The notes: generated by a model from the sequence alone, not told the origin. Positions 1-9,803 are shown, counted from the stretch's first letter. The stretch is DNA of 64,000 nucleotides from a virus (IMGVR_UViG_3300013137_000013:12246-76245), one strand, 5' to 3'. Numbers and translations: made by a program.

Positions 1-198
1 GAGCATGGAACACTAAGGTCTGATGGAGGATTTTCATCCCCCCTCACATCAAAAATTCCAGAGTGGGCTAACTATTATCGCAACATAATAGAGGAAGATG
101 TAAGAGACATCCTTAATATAGAAGAATCATTTTCTACTTTTGAATTTAGTGTTTTAAACATTACTTTCGATTTGAGATTTTATGGAATAAAAAAGTAA
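1..198 (+). CDS. 3' end of a probable class I SAM-dependent methyltransferase (truncated by the window start)
   Basis: Frame 1 reads EHGTLRSDGG...WANYYRNIIEEDVR...DLRFYGIKK*. The EHGT/YYRN/DLxFxG pattern resembles the C-terminus of phage methyltransferases. It abuts the next methyltransferase gene. Confidence 0.5.
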   Translation, partial: EHGTLRSDGGFSSPLTSKIPEWANYYRNIIEEDVRDILNIEESFSTFEFSVLNITFDLRFYGIKK

Positions 199-202
199 AA
201 TC

Positions 203-847
203 ATGAAAAATTTTTTAGATGAATTAGCCATAAAGTATAATACAGATAAGAGTTCGAAAAATCATAATTATACAAAAACATATGATAAATATTTGAGTCC
301 CATAAGAGAACAAAAATTAAACATTTTAGAAATCGGAGTCCTAAATGGGGCTTCTTTAAAAATGTGGGGAGAATACTTTCCAAATTCTCAAATATATGGC
401 CTGGACATCAGCCCAGATTGTAAAAAGCATGAAAAAGATAATATAAAAGTAATCATAGGCAGTCAGGATGATGAAGAATTCTTGATTCAGAATATTAAAT
501 CTATCAAATTTGACCTCATTATAGATGATGGAAGTCATATATCAAGGCACCAAATAAAAAGCTTTAATGTACTATTTGACAGCCTTAATAGTGGGTGTTA
601 TTATATTATAGAAGATGTTTGCTGTTCATACTGGAATAGTCATGAAGGTGGGTATAAAAAACAGGGCTCTGTCATAGAATACTTTAAAGACAAAATTGAT
701 GATGTCAATTTTTACGGATTCAAAGGAGATTTGTACGATAGGAAAAGAGAGTATATTACATCCATTAAAAAGGATTTGACATTTTTTGAAAAGACTATTA
801 ACTCAATACATTTCTATAACAGCATAATTATTATAGAAAAGATATGA
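203..847 (+). CDS. Class I SAM-dependent methyltransferase (MycE-like sugar O-methyltransferase type)
   Basis: TDK...HNY, motif I LEIGVLNGAS, GLDI, GSQDD, DLIIDDGSH, and GCYYIIED. Confidence 0.85.
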   Translation: MKNFLDELAIKYNTDKSSKNHNYTKTYDKYLSPIREQKLNILEIGVLNGASLKMWGEYFPNSQIYGLDISPDCKKHEKDNIKVIIGSQDDEEFLIQNIKSIKFDLIIDDGSHISRHQIKSFNVLFDSLNSGCYYIIEDVCCSYWNSHEGGYKKQGSVIEYFKDKIDDVNFYGFKGDLYDRKREYITSIKKDLTFFEKTINSIHFYNSIIIIEKI

Positions 848-1428
848 TAATTTTATTTACCAGTGCCCTTACAGAAAATCTCTTCGAACAAAGAAAAGAA
901 GAATATATAATCTCTTTCAACACTTTGTGTTCATTTGGATATAAGAACAACATTCAAATAATAGAATGTATTAACAACTCCGAGGATAGTTTTCTTAATA
1001 CTTTGACTGAAAAAGTTTTTTATACAAAACAAAATTATGCCTATAGAAACAAAGGCGTTAATGAGTTGTTAAATATTAAATTCTTTTTAGAAAACTTTAA
1101 TGTTGATGATGAAGAAAAAATCGTCAAACTAACTGGAAGATATAATCTTCTCGATAATTCATTTATTAAAGAGTTTGAAAATAGTTCTTGTGACGTACTT
1201 TATAAAAAAGATTCTGTCAACCAAGTGTTTTTTGGGTGTTTGTGTTTAAAGAAAAAAGTCCTAACAAACTTTATCAATCAATTAAACTTTAATGTTCTTG
1301 AATCAAATCTTGTATGTATAGAAAAATCTTTTGCCGACTTTATATACAAAAGTGAATATGAACAAAAGGTGATTGAAAAAATAAATATCAGATGCAATAT
1401 TAATAATGAAGATTTACACACTCTTTAA
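844..1428 (+). CDS. Hypothetical protein, possibly GT-A-like or glycan-related
   Basis: NKGVNE and KLTGRY motifs; start overlaps the methyltransferase stop (ATGA). Confidence 0.45.
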   Translation: MIILFTSALTENLFEQRKEEYIISFNTLCSFGYKNNIQIIECINNSEDSFLNTLTEKVFYTKQNYAYRNKGVNELLNIKFFLENFNVDDEEKIVKLTGRYNLLDNSFIKEFENSSCDVLYKKDSVNQVFFGCLCLKKKVLTNFINQLNFNVLESNLVCIEKSFADFIYKSEYEQKVIEKINIRCNINNEDLHTL

Positions 1429-2567
1429 ACTGGATACTTAAATATTTCTTCCTCATAATTCTTTAAATAAATATATTTTTCATCAGCTCCAACTATCGAA
1501 TTTGGTAATATTGGAATTTTACCGCCACCCCCAGGCGCATCTATAACATATTGCGGAATTGCATAACCACTGGTAAATCCCCTTAAAGACTGAATAATAT
1601 TCAAACCTTCTTCTATTGTTGTTTTAAAATGTGCCGAACCAATGATGGGGTCACATTGATATAAATAATAAGGCTTAATTCTAATTTTTAAAAGCTCATG
1701 AAACAATTTTTTTAACACTTTTGGCTCATTATTAACACCATTCAATAAAACAGTTTGACTTCCCAAAACAATTCCCACATCAGCCAATTTTGTAACGGCC
1801 ACTTTTGATTCATCTGTGATTTCGTCTGGGTGCGTTGAATGAATGCTTAAGAATAGTGGATGGAATTTTTTTAAAATTGAAACAAGATTGTCTGTAATCC
1901 TTTGTGGCAAAACAAAAGGAACTTTTGTGCCAATTCTGATTATTTCTACATGAGGAATGTTTCTTATATTCTCAAGAAAATATTCTATTTTTGAATCTGA
2001 AAGAGTAAGTGGGTCTCCACCAGATATAATAACGTCCCTAACTTCTGAATGGCTTTTTATATAATCAAAAACTTTTTCATAATCCACAAATTTTTCTTTG
2101 TTTTCAATAATCCTTGAGCGTGTGCAATATCTACAATTTGCTGAACAAAAATTTGTTGCTAAAAGAAGAACTCTATCTGGGTATCTATGTACAAGACCTG
2201 GAAGGGGAGAATCTTCAATTTCAGAAAGGGGGTCTATTTCTTCTCCAAAATTTTTGTTAAGTTCTTTATCAGTGGGCACCATAGTTTTTCTAATCTCTTT
2301 ACTACTGTGCACCAAACTGAGATAGTATGGGGTAATTCGCAAAGGAAGTTTTGTACTATCAACATCTTCGGCTGCTGTAATATTTAAAAACTTTTTAATT
2401 TGAGAAATGGTTCTGATGGAATTTGACAACTGCCATTTCCAATCATTCCATTGAATATTTGTTATTTGGGGGTAATATTTTTTTTTGAAACTTTCAACAA
2501 GACCTAAAGGGTCTTCTGCTTCTACATCTGCGACTGCTATTTCATCTGTACAATCCTTTGTTTTCAT
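1425..2567 (-). CDS. kamA: KamA-family radical SAM aminomutase (lysine 2,3-aminomutase-like)
   Basis: WNDWKWQL, HRYPDRVL, CxxxCxxC (CSANCRYC), SGGDPL, RIGT, QTVLLNGVN, PYYLYQCD, and PLP-lysine motif DAPGGGGKIP. Confidence 0.93.
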   Translation of the reverse strand: MKTKDCTDEIAVADVEAEDPLGLVESFKKKYYPQITNIQWNDWKWQLSNSIRTISQIKKFLNITAAEDVDSTKLPLRITPYYLSLVHSSKEIRKTMVPTDKELNKNFGEEIDPLSEIEDSPLPGLVHRYPDRVLLLATNFCSANCRYCTRSRIIENKEKFVDYEKVFDYIKSHSEVRDVIISGGDPLTLSDSKIEYFLENIRNIPHVEIIRIGTKVPFVLPQRITDNLVSILKKFHPLFLSIHSTHPDEITDESKVAVTKLADVGIVLGSQTVLLNGVNNEPKVLKKLFHELLKIRIKPYYLYQCDPIIGSAHFKTTIEEGLNIIQSLRGFTSGYAIPQYVIDAPGGGGKIPILPNSIVGADEKYIYLKNYEEEIFKYPV

Positions 2568-2733
2568 TTTGGTGAGTTTATTCTAAATATACAAATAATA
2601 CGCAAAAATTACATAAAAGTTACCTAAAAAAGAAAAAAAAATTTCATCATTTTTCTGAGTTCTACAACCATTTGATTTTCAAGTAAAAAATACGAAAAAC
2701 TGGGTTAAAGTTGTATTTTTATTTTTTTTTATT

Positions 2734-2741
2734 TATATTTG
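2734..2741 (+). promoter_or_regulatory. Bacteroidota housekeeping-sigma -7 element TAnnTTTG (early/middle promoter)
   Basis: TATATTTG 24 nt upstream of ATG 2766. The same motif recurs before other non-structural genes. Confidence 0.65.
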
Positions 2742-2765
2742 CCACAAATTTAAACAACAAAGAAT

Positions 2766-4370
2766 ATGATGTTAAAAAATTTAGAACAATCCGACATTGA
2801 ATACATCAAGAAGACTTACGTAGACAAAGCATTAACATGGGATGAAAGAATGGGAATTCTTATGAGTCATTTTGGTAAATCCGAAAGAACTGTAAGAAAA
2901 TGGTTGTCAAAGTTAGGAATAAAAGAGAAAACAAATGGAACAGCAAGAGGCGATGTAGAATCTCCCCAATTTGAAGAAGCTAAAAAAAAGCAGTTTGACA
3001 AAACTAAAAAAAGATTCATTGTAACCTGGGCGCAAAATAATACCCCTGTTCATAAGCAATTCTTAGAAAACATTAAGGCATATGCAAAATTTTTAGATGC
3101 AGACCTTCATGTAATTGCTGGAAGATATAAAAACCCAACTTCTGTTTTTGCAGATAAAGACTTTGATTTTTGGGTAGAAGATGTCGCTCCGTATCTTGAT
3201 GCTAACCGTCACGACATTCACAAATACGTTTCAATTCTATCAGATGTTAAAATTCAGCCCACTGCCGTAAACCCAATGAGCGGTTTAGAAGGAATGAGTG
3301 GGGTTAATTCTTGTATTTTTGGCTCTCCAAAGGTACAAATGGAAGTTATAGGCGCTCTGGAGGGTTATAGGCCAAAGTTGATGCTTACCACTGGTGCGGT
3401 CACTTTAAAGAACTATACGGACTCTAAAGCGGGAAAAAAGGGAGAATTTCATCACATTCTTGGATTTGTAGTAGTAGAAATTAAAGATGAAGAAAAATTC
3501 TTCGTCCGTCAAGTTACAGCTACTACAGATGGAGAATTTACAGACCTTTACTATTCTGTTAAAAATCAAGAAGTAAAAGAAATTGATGGAATAGAAGCTA
3601 TTGTTTTGGGAGATATTCACCTGGGGCAAGTAGATGAAACTGTTATGAGTTCAACAATTGACCTTTTAAACAAACTCAAGCCAGACAATACCATAATTCA
3701 TGATTTATTTGATGGCTATTCTATAAGCCATCATGACATGAAAGACCCAATAAAAATGTATAGGAAAAGTGTAGAAGGCCGAGATTCTCTTAAAAAAGAA
3801 GTTGACTATATGCTTACCTGGTTAGAAGAAATGAGGAAATATCATCTTGTAATTGTAAGAAGTAATCACGATGACTTTGTTGATAGGTGGATAATAAATA
3901 CAGACTGGAAGAAAAATATTCCAAATTCAGTTGAATATATGGAATATACAAAAGCTCTACTTGAAGACAAAGCCCCCAACGGAATTATCCCTTACATTAT
4001 TAACCAAAGGTTTAAAGATGTCAAAACTCTTGGTAGAATGGATTCGTTTAAAGTTAAAAAATGGGAATTGGGGGTTCACGGAGATTACGGGCAAAATGGA
4101 AGTCAGGGTTCAATTACACAATTTAGAAAATTAAATACAAAACTGGTTATTGGTCACTCTCATACTCCAGGAAGGAAAGATGGAGTTTTGCAGGTTGGAA
4201 CATCTACCAAAAAGAGACTTGGGTACAACCTTGGTGCCAGCACATGGCTAAATTCACACGTTATTATTCACAGAGATGGAAAAGCACAACATGTAAATTT
4301 CCTTGACGGAGAATATACAACATTTAAAATGGAAAATTTTCAGAAAAAGACTGCAAAACATAAAAAATAA
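2766..4370 (+). CDS. T5 A1-like protein (N-terminal HTH-like segment plus calcineurin-like metallophosphoesterase/DNase)
   Basis: VTWAQNNTPVH, IQPTAVNPMSG, TTGAVT..NY..KAGKKGEFHH and FVRQ recall T5 A1. Metallophosphoesterase motifs: GDIH, HDLFD, SNHD, HGD, GHSH. Confidence 0.75.
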   Translation: MMLKNLEQSDIEYIKKTYVDKALTWDERMGILMSHFGKSERTVRKWLSKLGIKEKTNGTARGDVESPQFEEAKKKQFDKTKKRFIVTWAQNNTPVHKQFLENIKAYAKFLDADLHVIAGRYKNPTSVFADKDFDFWVEDVAPYLDANRHDIHKYVSILSDVKIQPTAVNPMSGLEGMSGVNSCIFGSPKVQMEVIGALEGYRPKLMLTTGAVTLKNYTDSKAGKKGEFHHILGFVVVEIKDEEKFFVRQVTATTDGEFTDLYYSVKNQEVKEIDGIEAIVLGDIHLGQVDETVMSSTIDLLNKLKPDNTIIHDLFDGYSISHHDMKDPIKMYRKSVEGRDSLKKEVDYMLTWLEEMRKYHLVIVRSNHDDFVDRWIINTDWKKNIPNSVEYMEYTKALLEDKAPNGIIPYIINQRFKDVKTLGRMDSFKVKKWELGVHGDYGQNGSQGSITQFRKLNTKLVIGHSHTPGRKDGVLQVGTSTKKRLGYNLGASTWLNSHVIIHRDGKAQHVNFLDGEYTTFKMENFQKKTAKHKK

Positions 4371-4390
4371 ATTTTTTTTAAATATTTAGC

Positions 4391-4421
4391 AAAAAGCCTT
4401 TACAATCGTAATGGCTTTTTT
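4391..4421 (+). terminator. Rho-independent terminator
   Basis: AAAAAGCC...GGCTTTTT stem with U-tract after the A1-like gene. Confidence 0.6.
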
Positions 4422-4445
4422 TATTTTTTGTCTAAATAACCCGTT

Positions 4446-4793
4446 ATGGACGAAAAGTTTTTAAAAAGAACTAAATACACATTTGGTGCTCCAATAATTA
4501 CTGTCGAGCTCACCGATGAAATGATAACAGAATTATTCGAAACCGCAGTTGAAGATTTTGACATGTATTCAAAAATTTCAAGAAGAGGCACAAAAAGCCT
4601 TAGAGAAATAAAAGATACCTGGATTAAAAAATACACCATTGCACTTTGTAAGGAAACGATAGGAATGATAAGGGAAAAAATTGACGGAGCAACCAATATT
4701 CCTTCTGGAAATTTGAAACTCGAATACGAAAGTTTGCTTGCTGAAAGTCGTAAAGAAAAATCATTCCTTATAAGTATTTGTTTAAATAAATAA
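4446..4793 (+). CDS. Short neck-protein (gp13-like adaptor) paralogue
   Basis: GAPIITVELTDE, WIKKYTIALCKE and IPSG..L.YE.LL.E..KEK resemble the N- and C-terminal helices of T4-like neck proteins. Confidence 0.5.
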   Translation: MDEKFLKRTKYTFGAPIITVELTDEMITELFETAVEDFDMYSKISRRGTKSLREIKDTWIKKYTIALCKETIGMIREKIDGATNIPSGNLKLEYESLLAESRKEKSFLISICLNK

Positions 4794-4821
4794 ATCTAAA
4801 ATCAACTTTAAAATACACAAC

Positions 4822-5592
4822 ATGAAAAAATTAGGAATATCAATTGACGGAGTAATTAGAAATTATCTTGATGCATTCGATAAACAATACAGAAAAGCTT
4901 TTATTTATAATGAAAGTATTGTTGAAATGAGCGAAGAGTTCAAATATAAGGAACCAACCGAGATGGATATAGAAGCCAAAGCAAAGCAAATTGAAGAAAG
5001 GACTAAAGAATTAATTTCTCTTCCCGTAGACTCTCCAGACCTTTTGAATCACTATCAATTTAACGAAATTAAAGAATTTGAAAACGAAAATGCTTTCCAA
5101 CAAGATTCTACTGAGCAAAATATTCTTTTCGAAAATTTTAATTCATTTGAAAACAGAGTTCTTACACCCCAGGAGGCACTTGAAAAATTTATGTACGAAA
5201 AGCATCCTTTTAGAATATTTGGCGACTCAGAAGAATTTCAAAATGCAATGAGCCACTTTAATAGAATTCAGACATACGGACTGCAAAATAAACTTTTTGA
5301 AACCGTTTTGATTACCGACTTAAAGGCTTCTGCAATTTCTGCAAATTATTTTTTCCTTCACAAAACAGGATGTAGAGCAAGAAACATACAAGTTGTAAAA
5401 GACCACGCTGACAAGTGGAACTACTGTGATGTGCTTGTAGATGCCGCACCTGAATCATTCCAAACAAAACCAGATGGAAAAATTTCAATCAAAATTGATA
5501 GACTATACAATCAACATGATGAAGCTGACTATACAATAAAAAACTTAAAAGAAGTTAATAATGAAATGTTACTTAAAAAAATATTTAAATAA
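4822..5592 (+). CDS. HAD-fold 5'(3')-deoxyribonucleotidase-like protein with degenerate motif I
   Basis: KLGISIDGVIRN, DVLVD, KIDRLYN. Confidence 0.55.
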   Translation: MKKLGISIDGVIRNYLDAFDKQYRKAFIYNESIVEMSEEFKYKEPTEMDIEAKAKQIEERTKELISLPVDSPDLLNHYQFNEIKEFENENAFQQDSTEQNILFENFNSFENRVLTPQEALEKFMYEKHPFRIFGDSEEFQNAMSHFNRIQTYGLQNKLFETVLITDLKASAISANYFFLHKTGCRARNIQVVKDHADKWNYCDVLVDAAPESFQTKPDGKISIKIDRLYNQHDEADYTIKNLKEVNNEMLLKKIFK

Positions 5593-5604
5593 AATTCAAA
5601 ACTT

Positions 5605-6624
5605 ATGGCAAAGAAAATGAAAAATTCTGTTAAAACAGAAATGAAAAACATGGTTCAAAGAGAACTTGTTAGAATCATGGCAAAACAAATTTCCAATGAA
5701 GATTCCTTCAAAGAAATGGTTCAGGAAGTTATTAGTGATTTTTATGAAGAAGAAGCAGTAGTAGAAAATCAAACAAGCTATAATTCCAAGAAGGACTTAC
5801 AAAAGGGCAGACTTGGACTTTTAACCGATATTATGAATGGGAAATACAAAGAAGAGTTTTTGACTTGTATCAATAAGGAATTGGAAGAAAAAAATTTATT
5901 AATGGATTCCTTAGTAACTCCACACAAATCTTCAATCCCAATACAAAAACAGTCTAATGTTGAACTTTCAAAAGAACAAATGGATGCGTTGTTTAGAATA
6001 AGTCCAACAAAACGTGCAGAAAATGAGAAAATAGACAATCTAGTTTTTAGCAAAGCAAATGTACATAACATGAGGATTTTGAATAATATAAATGCTGAAC
6101 AGGCATCTCAGGATTATCAAAAAATTCAATGCACAAAAGAAATTTCCGACCAATTATTTGATTATATTGAAAACAACAAAGGTAACTTAGATGCTACTCA
6201 TGAACAATTGCACATTAACAACAAATCAATTGAAACCTATAAAGTCCACAATAAAGAAGAAAAAGAAAAAATAGGAAACTTCAAATTTGGCAAAGGATTT
6301 ACTACAACACTTAATCCAAAATATTTTGCTTTTGAATTGGAAATTAAAACAAACGAATTAACCAAACAAAGAACACTTACTCTCAAAAATATAACAATGG
6401 AGTCAAACTCAATTTCAAAAGATGTTATGAGTGCTAAAAATATAGAAAAATTGCTAAACATAGTTCAAGAGATTTATTCCAATACCACAATTAAGCCTCT
6501 TTCGCAGACAGAGCCAATTACAGAAGAAGAAAAACGTGCTGCAAAAAAATTAAAAAGTAACCAACGTGCAAAAAAGGCTTGTAATACTATTAAAGCAAAA
6601 AAACAAATACAAAAAACAAAATAA
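5605..6624 (+). CDS. Hypothetical protein
   Basis: 339-aa ORF in operon context. Confidence 0.75.
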   Translation: MAKKMKNSVKTEMKNMVQRELVRIMAKQISNEDSFKEMVQEVISDFYEEEAVVENQTSYNSKKDLQKGRLGLLTDIMNGKYKEEFLTCINKELEEKNLLMDSLVTPHKSSIPIQKQSNVELSKEQMDALFRISPTKRAENEKIDNLVFSKANVHNMRILNNINAEQASQDYQKIQCTKEISDQLFDYIENNKGNLDATHEQLHINNKSIETYKVHNKEEKEKIGNFKFGKGFTTTLNPKYFAFELEIKTNELTKQRTLTLKNITMESNSISKDVMSAKNIEKLLNIVQEIYSNTTIKPLSQTEPITEEEKRAAKKLKSNQRAKKACNTIKAKKQIQKTK

Positions 6625-6683
6625 CCATTTATTTTATTTGGAAATTTAAGTAATATTAACCTAACAAATGTAATTAAATTTAT

Positions 6684-7871
6684 ATGGAACAAGAAATGAT
6701 TGATACCACGCAGATTGACCACAATGCATTAGTACAGTCTGTAATTGAAAAAGTAAGAAATAATGAATCGAAATATTATTTCTATTGCCCTCCTTTAAAT
6801 GTACCCAGTGGGGGAATTGGCGTTTTAATCAAGATGGCAAGAATTATGAAAGATTCTGGCTATAACGTCAAGGTTGTTTTCGAACCAAGACAAGACCAGA
6901 GAGCATCTTTTGAAGAATCAAGAAAACAGAATAAACAGGTTGATATATTTGAAAAATTTAATCCCCAGTGGTTGGATTTTGATTATTCAGACATTGATTT
7001 CTTCCCACTTGGAGATAAAACCATTGTTTACAATGATGGCACCAAACAAGAATGCGTTGCTTTAAATGTTAATCCAGAGGATTTCTTTATTATTCCAGAA
7101 GGATTTCCAAATATCATGAAAAAAATCATGCAGGTGGCATGTAAAAAGATTGTTTTGGCACAGAGCTGGTTTTATATTCTCAATTCTTTAAACACTGGCG
7201 AAACATGGCAGGGAATGGGTATATTTGATGTTATTTCAGTTTCCGATGCAATTACAGAATATCTTCACACGGTTATGCCTGGACTAAAGATTAAAAACTT
7301 TTCACAAGGTATTAACAGAAAACTTTTCGCTGCTCCAGCCAAAATGTCCAACAAATATCCAATGGTTGGATTTATGGGAAATAGGGGACAAGAAAACCAA
7401 ATGAAAACATTCAACATTATTAAAACCTTCCAGGCATTTTATCCTCACTTAAGATGGGTAAGATTTATTCAATTAAGCGGACTTTCTAAAAAAGATTTCG
7501 CAGAAAGATTGGCAAGCTGCGCATTTGTTTTATATACTGATGACATTGCTGGATTTGGAACATTACCTCTTGAATCTATGGCAAGTGGAACACACGTTGT
7601 TGGCTGGAATGCATATGGCGGAAAAGAATATGTTACCACAGAAAATGGATTTTGGACTGTTAATGGAGATATTTTTCAAACAGCAGAAATTTTAGGTGTT
7701 GCTATTGATAAATGGTTAAACGGCGAAATGGATGTGGATGAAATTCAAGCATCTTATGAAAAAACCCTTGAAAAATATACAGAAGAAGGGGAAAAAGAAA
7801 ACTTCTTAAATATAATTAACGAATATAAAAATGAAAGAATCAATGAACTTGAAGGACTTAAAAAACAGTAA
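6684..7871 (+). CDS. Glycosyltransferase, GT-B fold (GT4-like)
   Basis: PSGGIGV, FIIPEG, VS, and GFGTLPLESMASG (GT4 C-terminal signature). Confidence 0.85.
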   Translation: MEQEMIDTTQIDHNALVQSVIEKVRNNESKYYFYCPPLNVPSGGIGVLIKMARIMKDSGYNVKVVFEPRQDQRASFEESRKQNKQVDIFEKFNPQWLDFDYSDIDFFPLGDKTIVYNDGTKQECVALNVNPEDFFIIPEGFPNIMKKIMQVACKKIVLAQSWFYILNSLNTGETWQGMGIFDVISVSDAITEYLHTVMPGLKIKNFSQGINRKLFAAPAKMSNKYPMVGFMGNRGQENQMKTFNIIKTFQAFYPHLRWVRFIQLSGLSKKDFAERLASCAFVLYTDDIAGFGTLPLESMASGTHVVGWNAYGGKEYVTTENGFWTVNGDIFQTAEILGVAIDKWLNGEMDVDEIQASYEKTLEKYTEEGEKENFLNIINEYKNERINELEGLKKQ

Positions 7872-8790
7872 TGTACTTGTCGCAATTTTTATTGACGATT
7901 TAAGTAATTTAATCACATTAGAAGAAACATTTTACAGTGTTTCTAAACAGACACATAATGTTGATTTACTTGTGTTGCACTCAAACACATTTTCTGATGA
8001 GCAAATCAATTCTTTAAAGTCAGCATTGGATAAACCAAAGCTTATTTTAAGAAAGCAAAATGCAGAAGGAAAATTAGAAGAACAGGTTTTAGAAACTGAT
8101 GGAAAAATAAATTATTTTTTAACCCCATCAAATTCTGATTCTTTTCCAAAAATTTTCAATGAAGGATTTAATGTTGCATCAGAAAATGAGTATGAATTCT
8201 TTTCCGTCATTGAACCAAATGATGTAGTAGGATTGAATTGGTATACCCAGGCAAACATTTATGCAAAAGAAAATGAAAATGTTTCAATGTTCTTCCCAAT
8301 TATTAGGAATACTGTAAATGGTGTTTTTAATGGGTTACTTAATGAAGCGCCTTGGGCTGAAGGACTTGCGGAAGAAGCAGGAAAAATTGATTTAAATCTT
8401 TTAAATCGTTTTAACTGTGTTGTTCCAACGGGCTCTATGCTTAAAATAAGTGCTCTCAAAGAATATAGCGAACAAAGGCAAGATGGAAAGTTTTATCCAT
8501 TTAAAGAAAGCATGAAAATCAGTCATTATTATGAATTCTTAATGAGAATGGTTTATAATGATGTGAAAGCAATGTGCATCCCCAGAATCGGGTACGAATT
8601 CAAAGTTAAAAACAATAATGAATTCAAACACGTTTATTGTAAAATTCCGCAGAATATTGCCCAAATTCCTGCTGAACAGGGAGGAATAACCCCAAATGAA
8701 GGCAAATTTTGGATGGAAACTGCGAAAAAAGAATATTTCTTTGATGAAGACAGGAACAAAGTTTATGAAGAAGCGAGTCAGCAAAACTAA
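7831..8790 (+). CDS. Glycosyltransferase, GT-A fold (GT2-like); start may be 7843
   Basis: SVSKQT, NEG, VIEPND (DxD-like) and YEFLMR..Y; overlaps the upstream GT gene. Confidence 0.6.
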   Translation: MKESMNLKDLKNSNVLVAIFIDDLSNLITLEETFYSVSKQTHNVDLLVLHSNTFSDEQINSLKSALDKPKLILRKQNAEGKLEEQVLETDGKINYFLTPSNSDSFPKIFNEGFNVASENEYEFFSVIEPNDVVGLNWYTQANIYAKENENVSMFFPIIRNTVNGVFNGLLNEAPWAEGLAEEAGKIDLNLLNRFNCVVPTGSMLKISALKEYSEQRQDGKFYPFKESMKISHYYEFLMRMVYNDVKAMCIPRIGYEFKVKNNNEFKHVYCKIPQNIAQIPAEQGGITPNEGKFWMETAKKEYFFDEDRNKVYEEASQQN

Positions 8791-9787
8791 GAAAAAACAA
8801 AACTTTGATATACAAAACGAGGATGAGGTATTAGATTTTTTTTGCCAGGAATGCGCAGATAGAAACGAACTCAAAGAGGACTCAGAAGAGCCAGAGTCTC
8901 AACTACCAGACGAATTCGAAGAAAAAATCTTAAACGAATCTGAATTAAAAATCGAAAGTAATGAGTTGGTACTTGATGAGAAAAGCGTTAAGACATATTG
9001 GACCGACGATACTGAAGCGGGGGTTATAGATTTTCTATACCTTAATGAATTTTTTTATGAAAATAGAATTAAAGAAGAGATAGAAGATGCACAAAAAGAA
9101 AAGCGTGTAGTAAACAAATTCTATTGCAATGAAATGCAAAGAAAGATGGAAGAAGTAATGCGCATTTCAGACCGTGTAGAAAGAAGGGAAAAAATTTTTA
9201 GAGAAAAAATTGAAACTCCGCTTAAAAAACTTGTCGAAAACATTCTTTTTAATTATAAATTACTTTTACCATACACAGATTCAAAAACTCAGCAAAAAGA
9301 TTGTTTTACCTTTTTATATCTTAAGTTTTCCAATTTTAACCCATGGAGAAAAACCAAATCCTTTTCTTATTTTGGAACTATTGCAAAACATCATTTTCTC
9401 GGAAACAAAAAAGAATTTTCCAAAAATTTGAAAATTCTTTATGACTATGATTCGAACAAAGAAGAAGCTGACAACAAAAAAATAGAAGACCCTAAACCAT
9501 ATGTAAAAGAAGATACATTATCTGATTTTTTTAATTTTATCATATCGTCTATTGAATCTGAACTAAATAAAGGTTCCTTATCTAAAAATGACCAAAAGGT
9601 CGGAGACGCAATAGTTCAAATTTTTAGAAACCACGAAATTTTAGGAGTATACAATAAAAACCAAGTATACCAACTAATTAAAGAAAACACAGGACTAGAA
9701 ACAAAAGATATAACTTACTCCTTACACAGATTCAGAATTATATATAAAGTTTTAAAACAAGAATTTGTGAATAAACGAGAAGAATAA
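8765..9787 (+). CDS. Phage late sigma factor (T4 gp55-like) with acidic N-terminal extension
   Basis: YWTDDTE..V..FL, PLKKLVENI and NFNPWRKTKSFSYFGTIAKHHF resemble gp55 region 2. It lies just before the first late-promoter gene. Start is set at the internal ATG. Confidence 0.7.
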   Translation: MKKRVSKTKKKQNFDIQNEDEVLDFFCQECADRNELKEDSEEPESQLPDEFEEKILNESELKIESNELVLDEKSVKTYWTDDTEAGVIDFLYLNEFFYENRIKEEIEDAQKEKRVVNKFYCNEMQRKMEEVMRISDRVERREKIFREKIETPLKKLVENILFNYKLLLPYTDSKTQQKDCFTFLYLKFSNFNPWRKTKSFSYFGTIAKHHFLGNKKEFSKNLKILYDYDSNKEEADNKKIEDPKPYVKEDTLSDFFNFIISSIESELNKGSLSKNDQKVGDAIVQIFRNHEILGVYNKNQVYQLIKENTGLETKDITYSLHRFRIIYKVLKQEFVNKREE

Positions 9788-9803
9788 TTTTTTTTTAGTC
9801 ATA

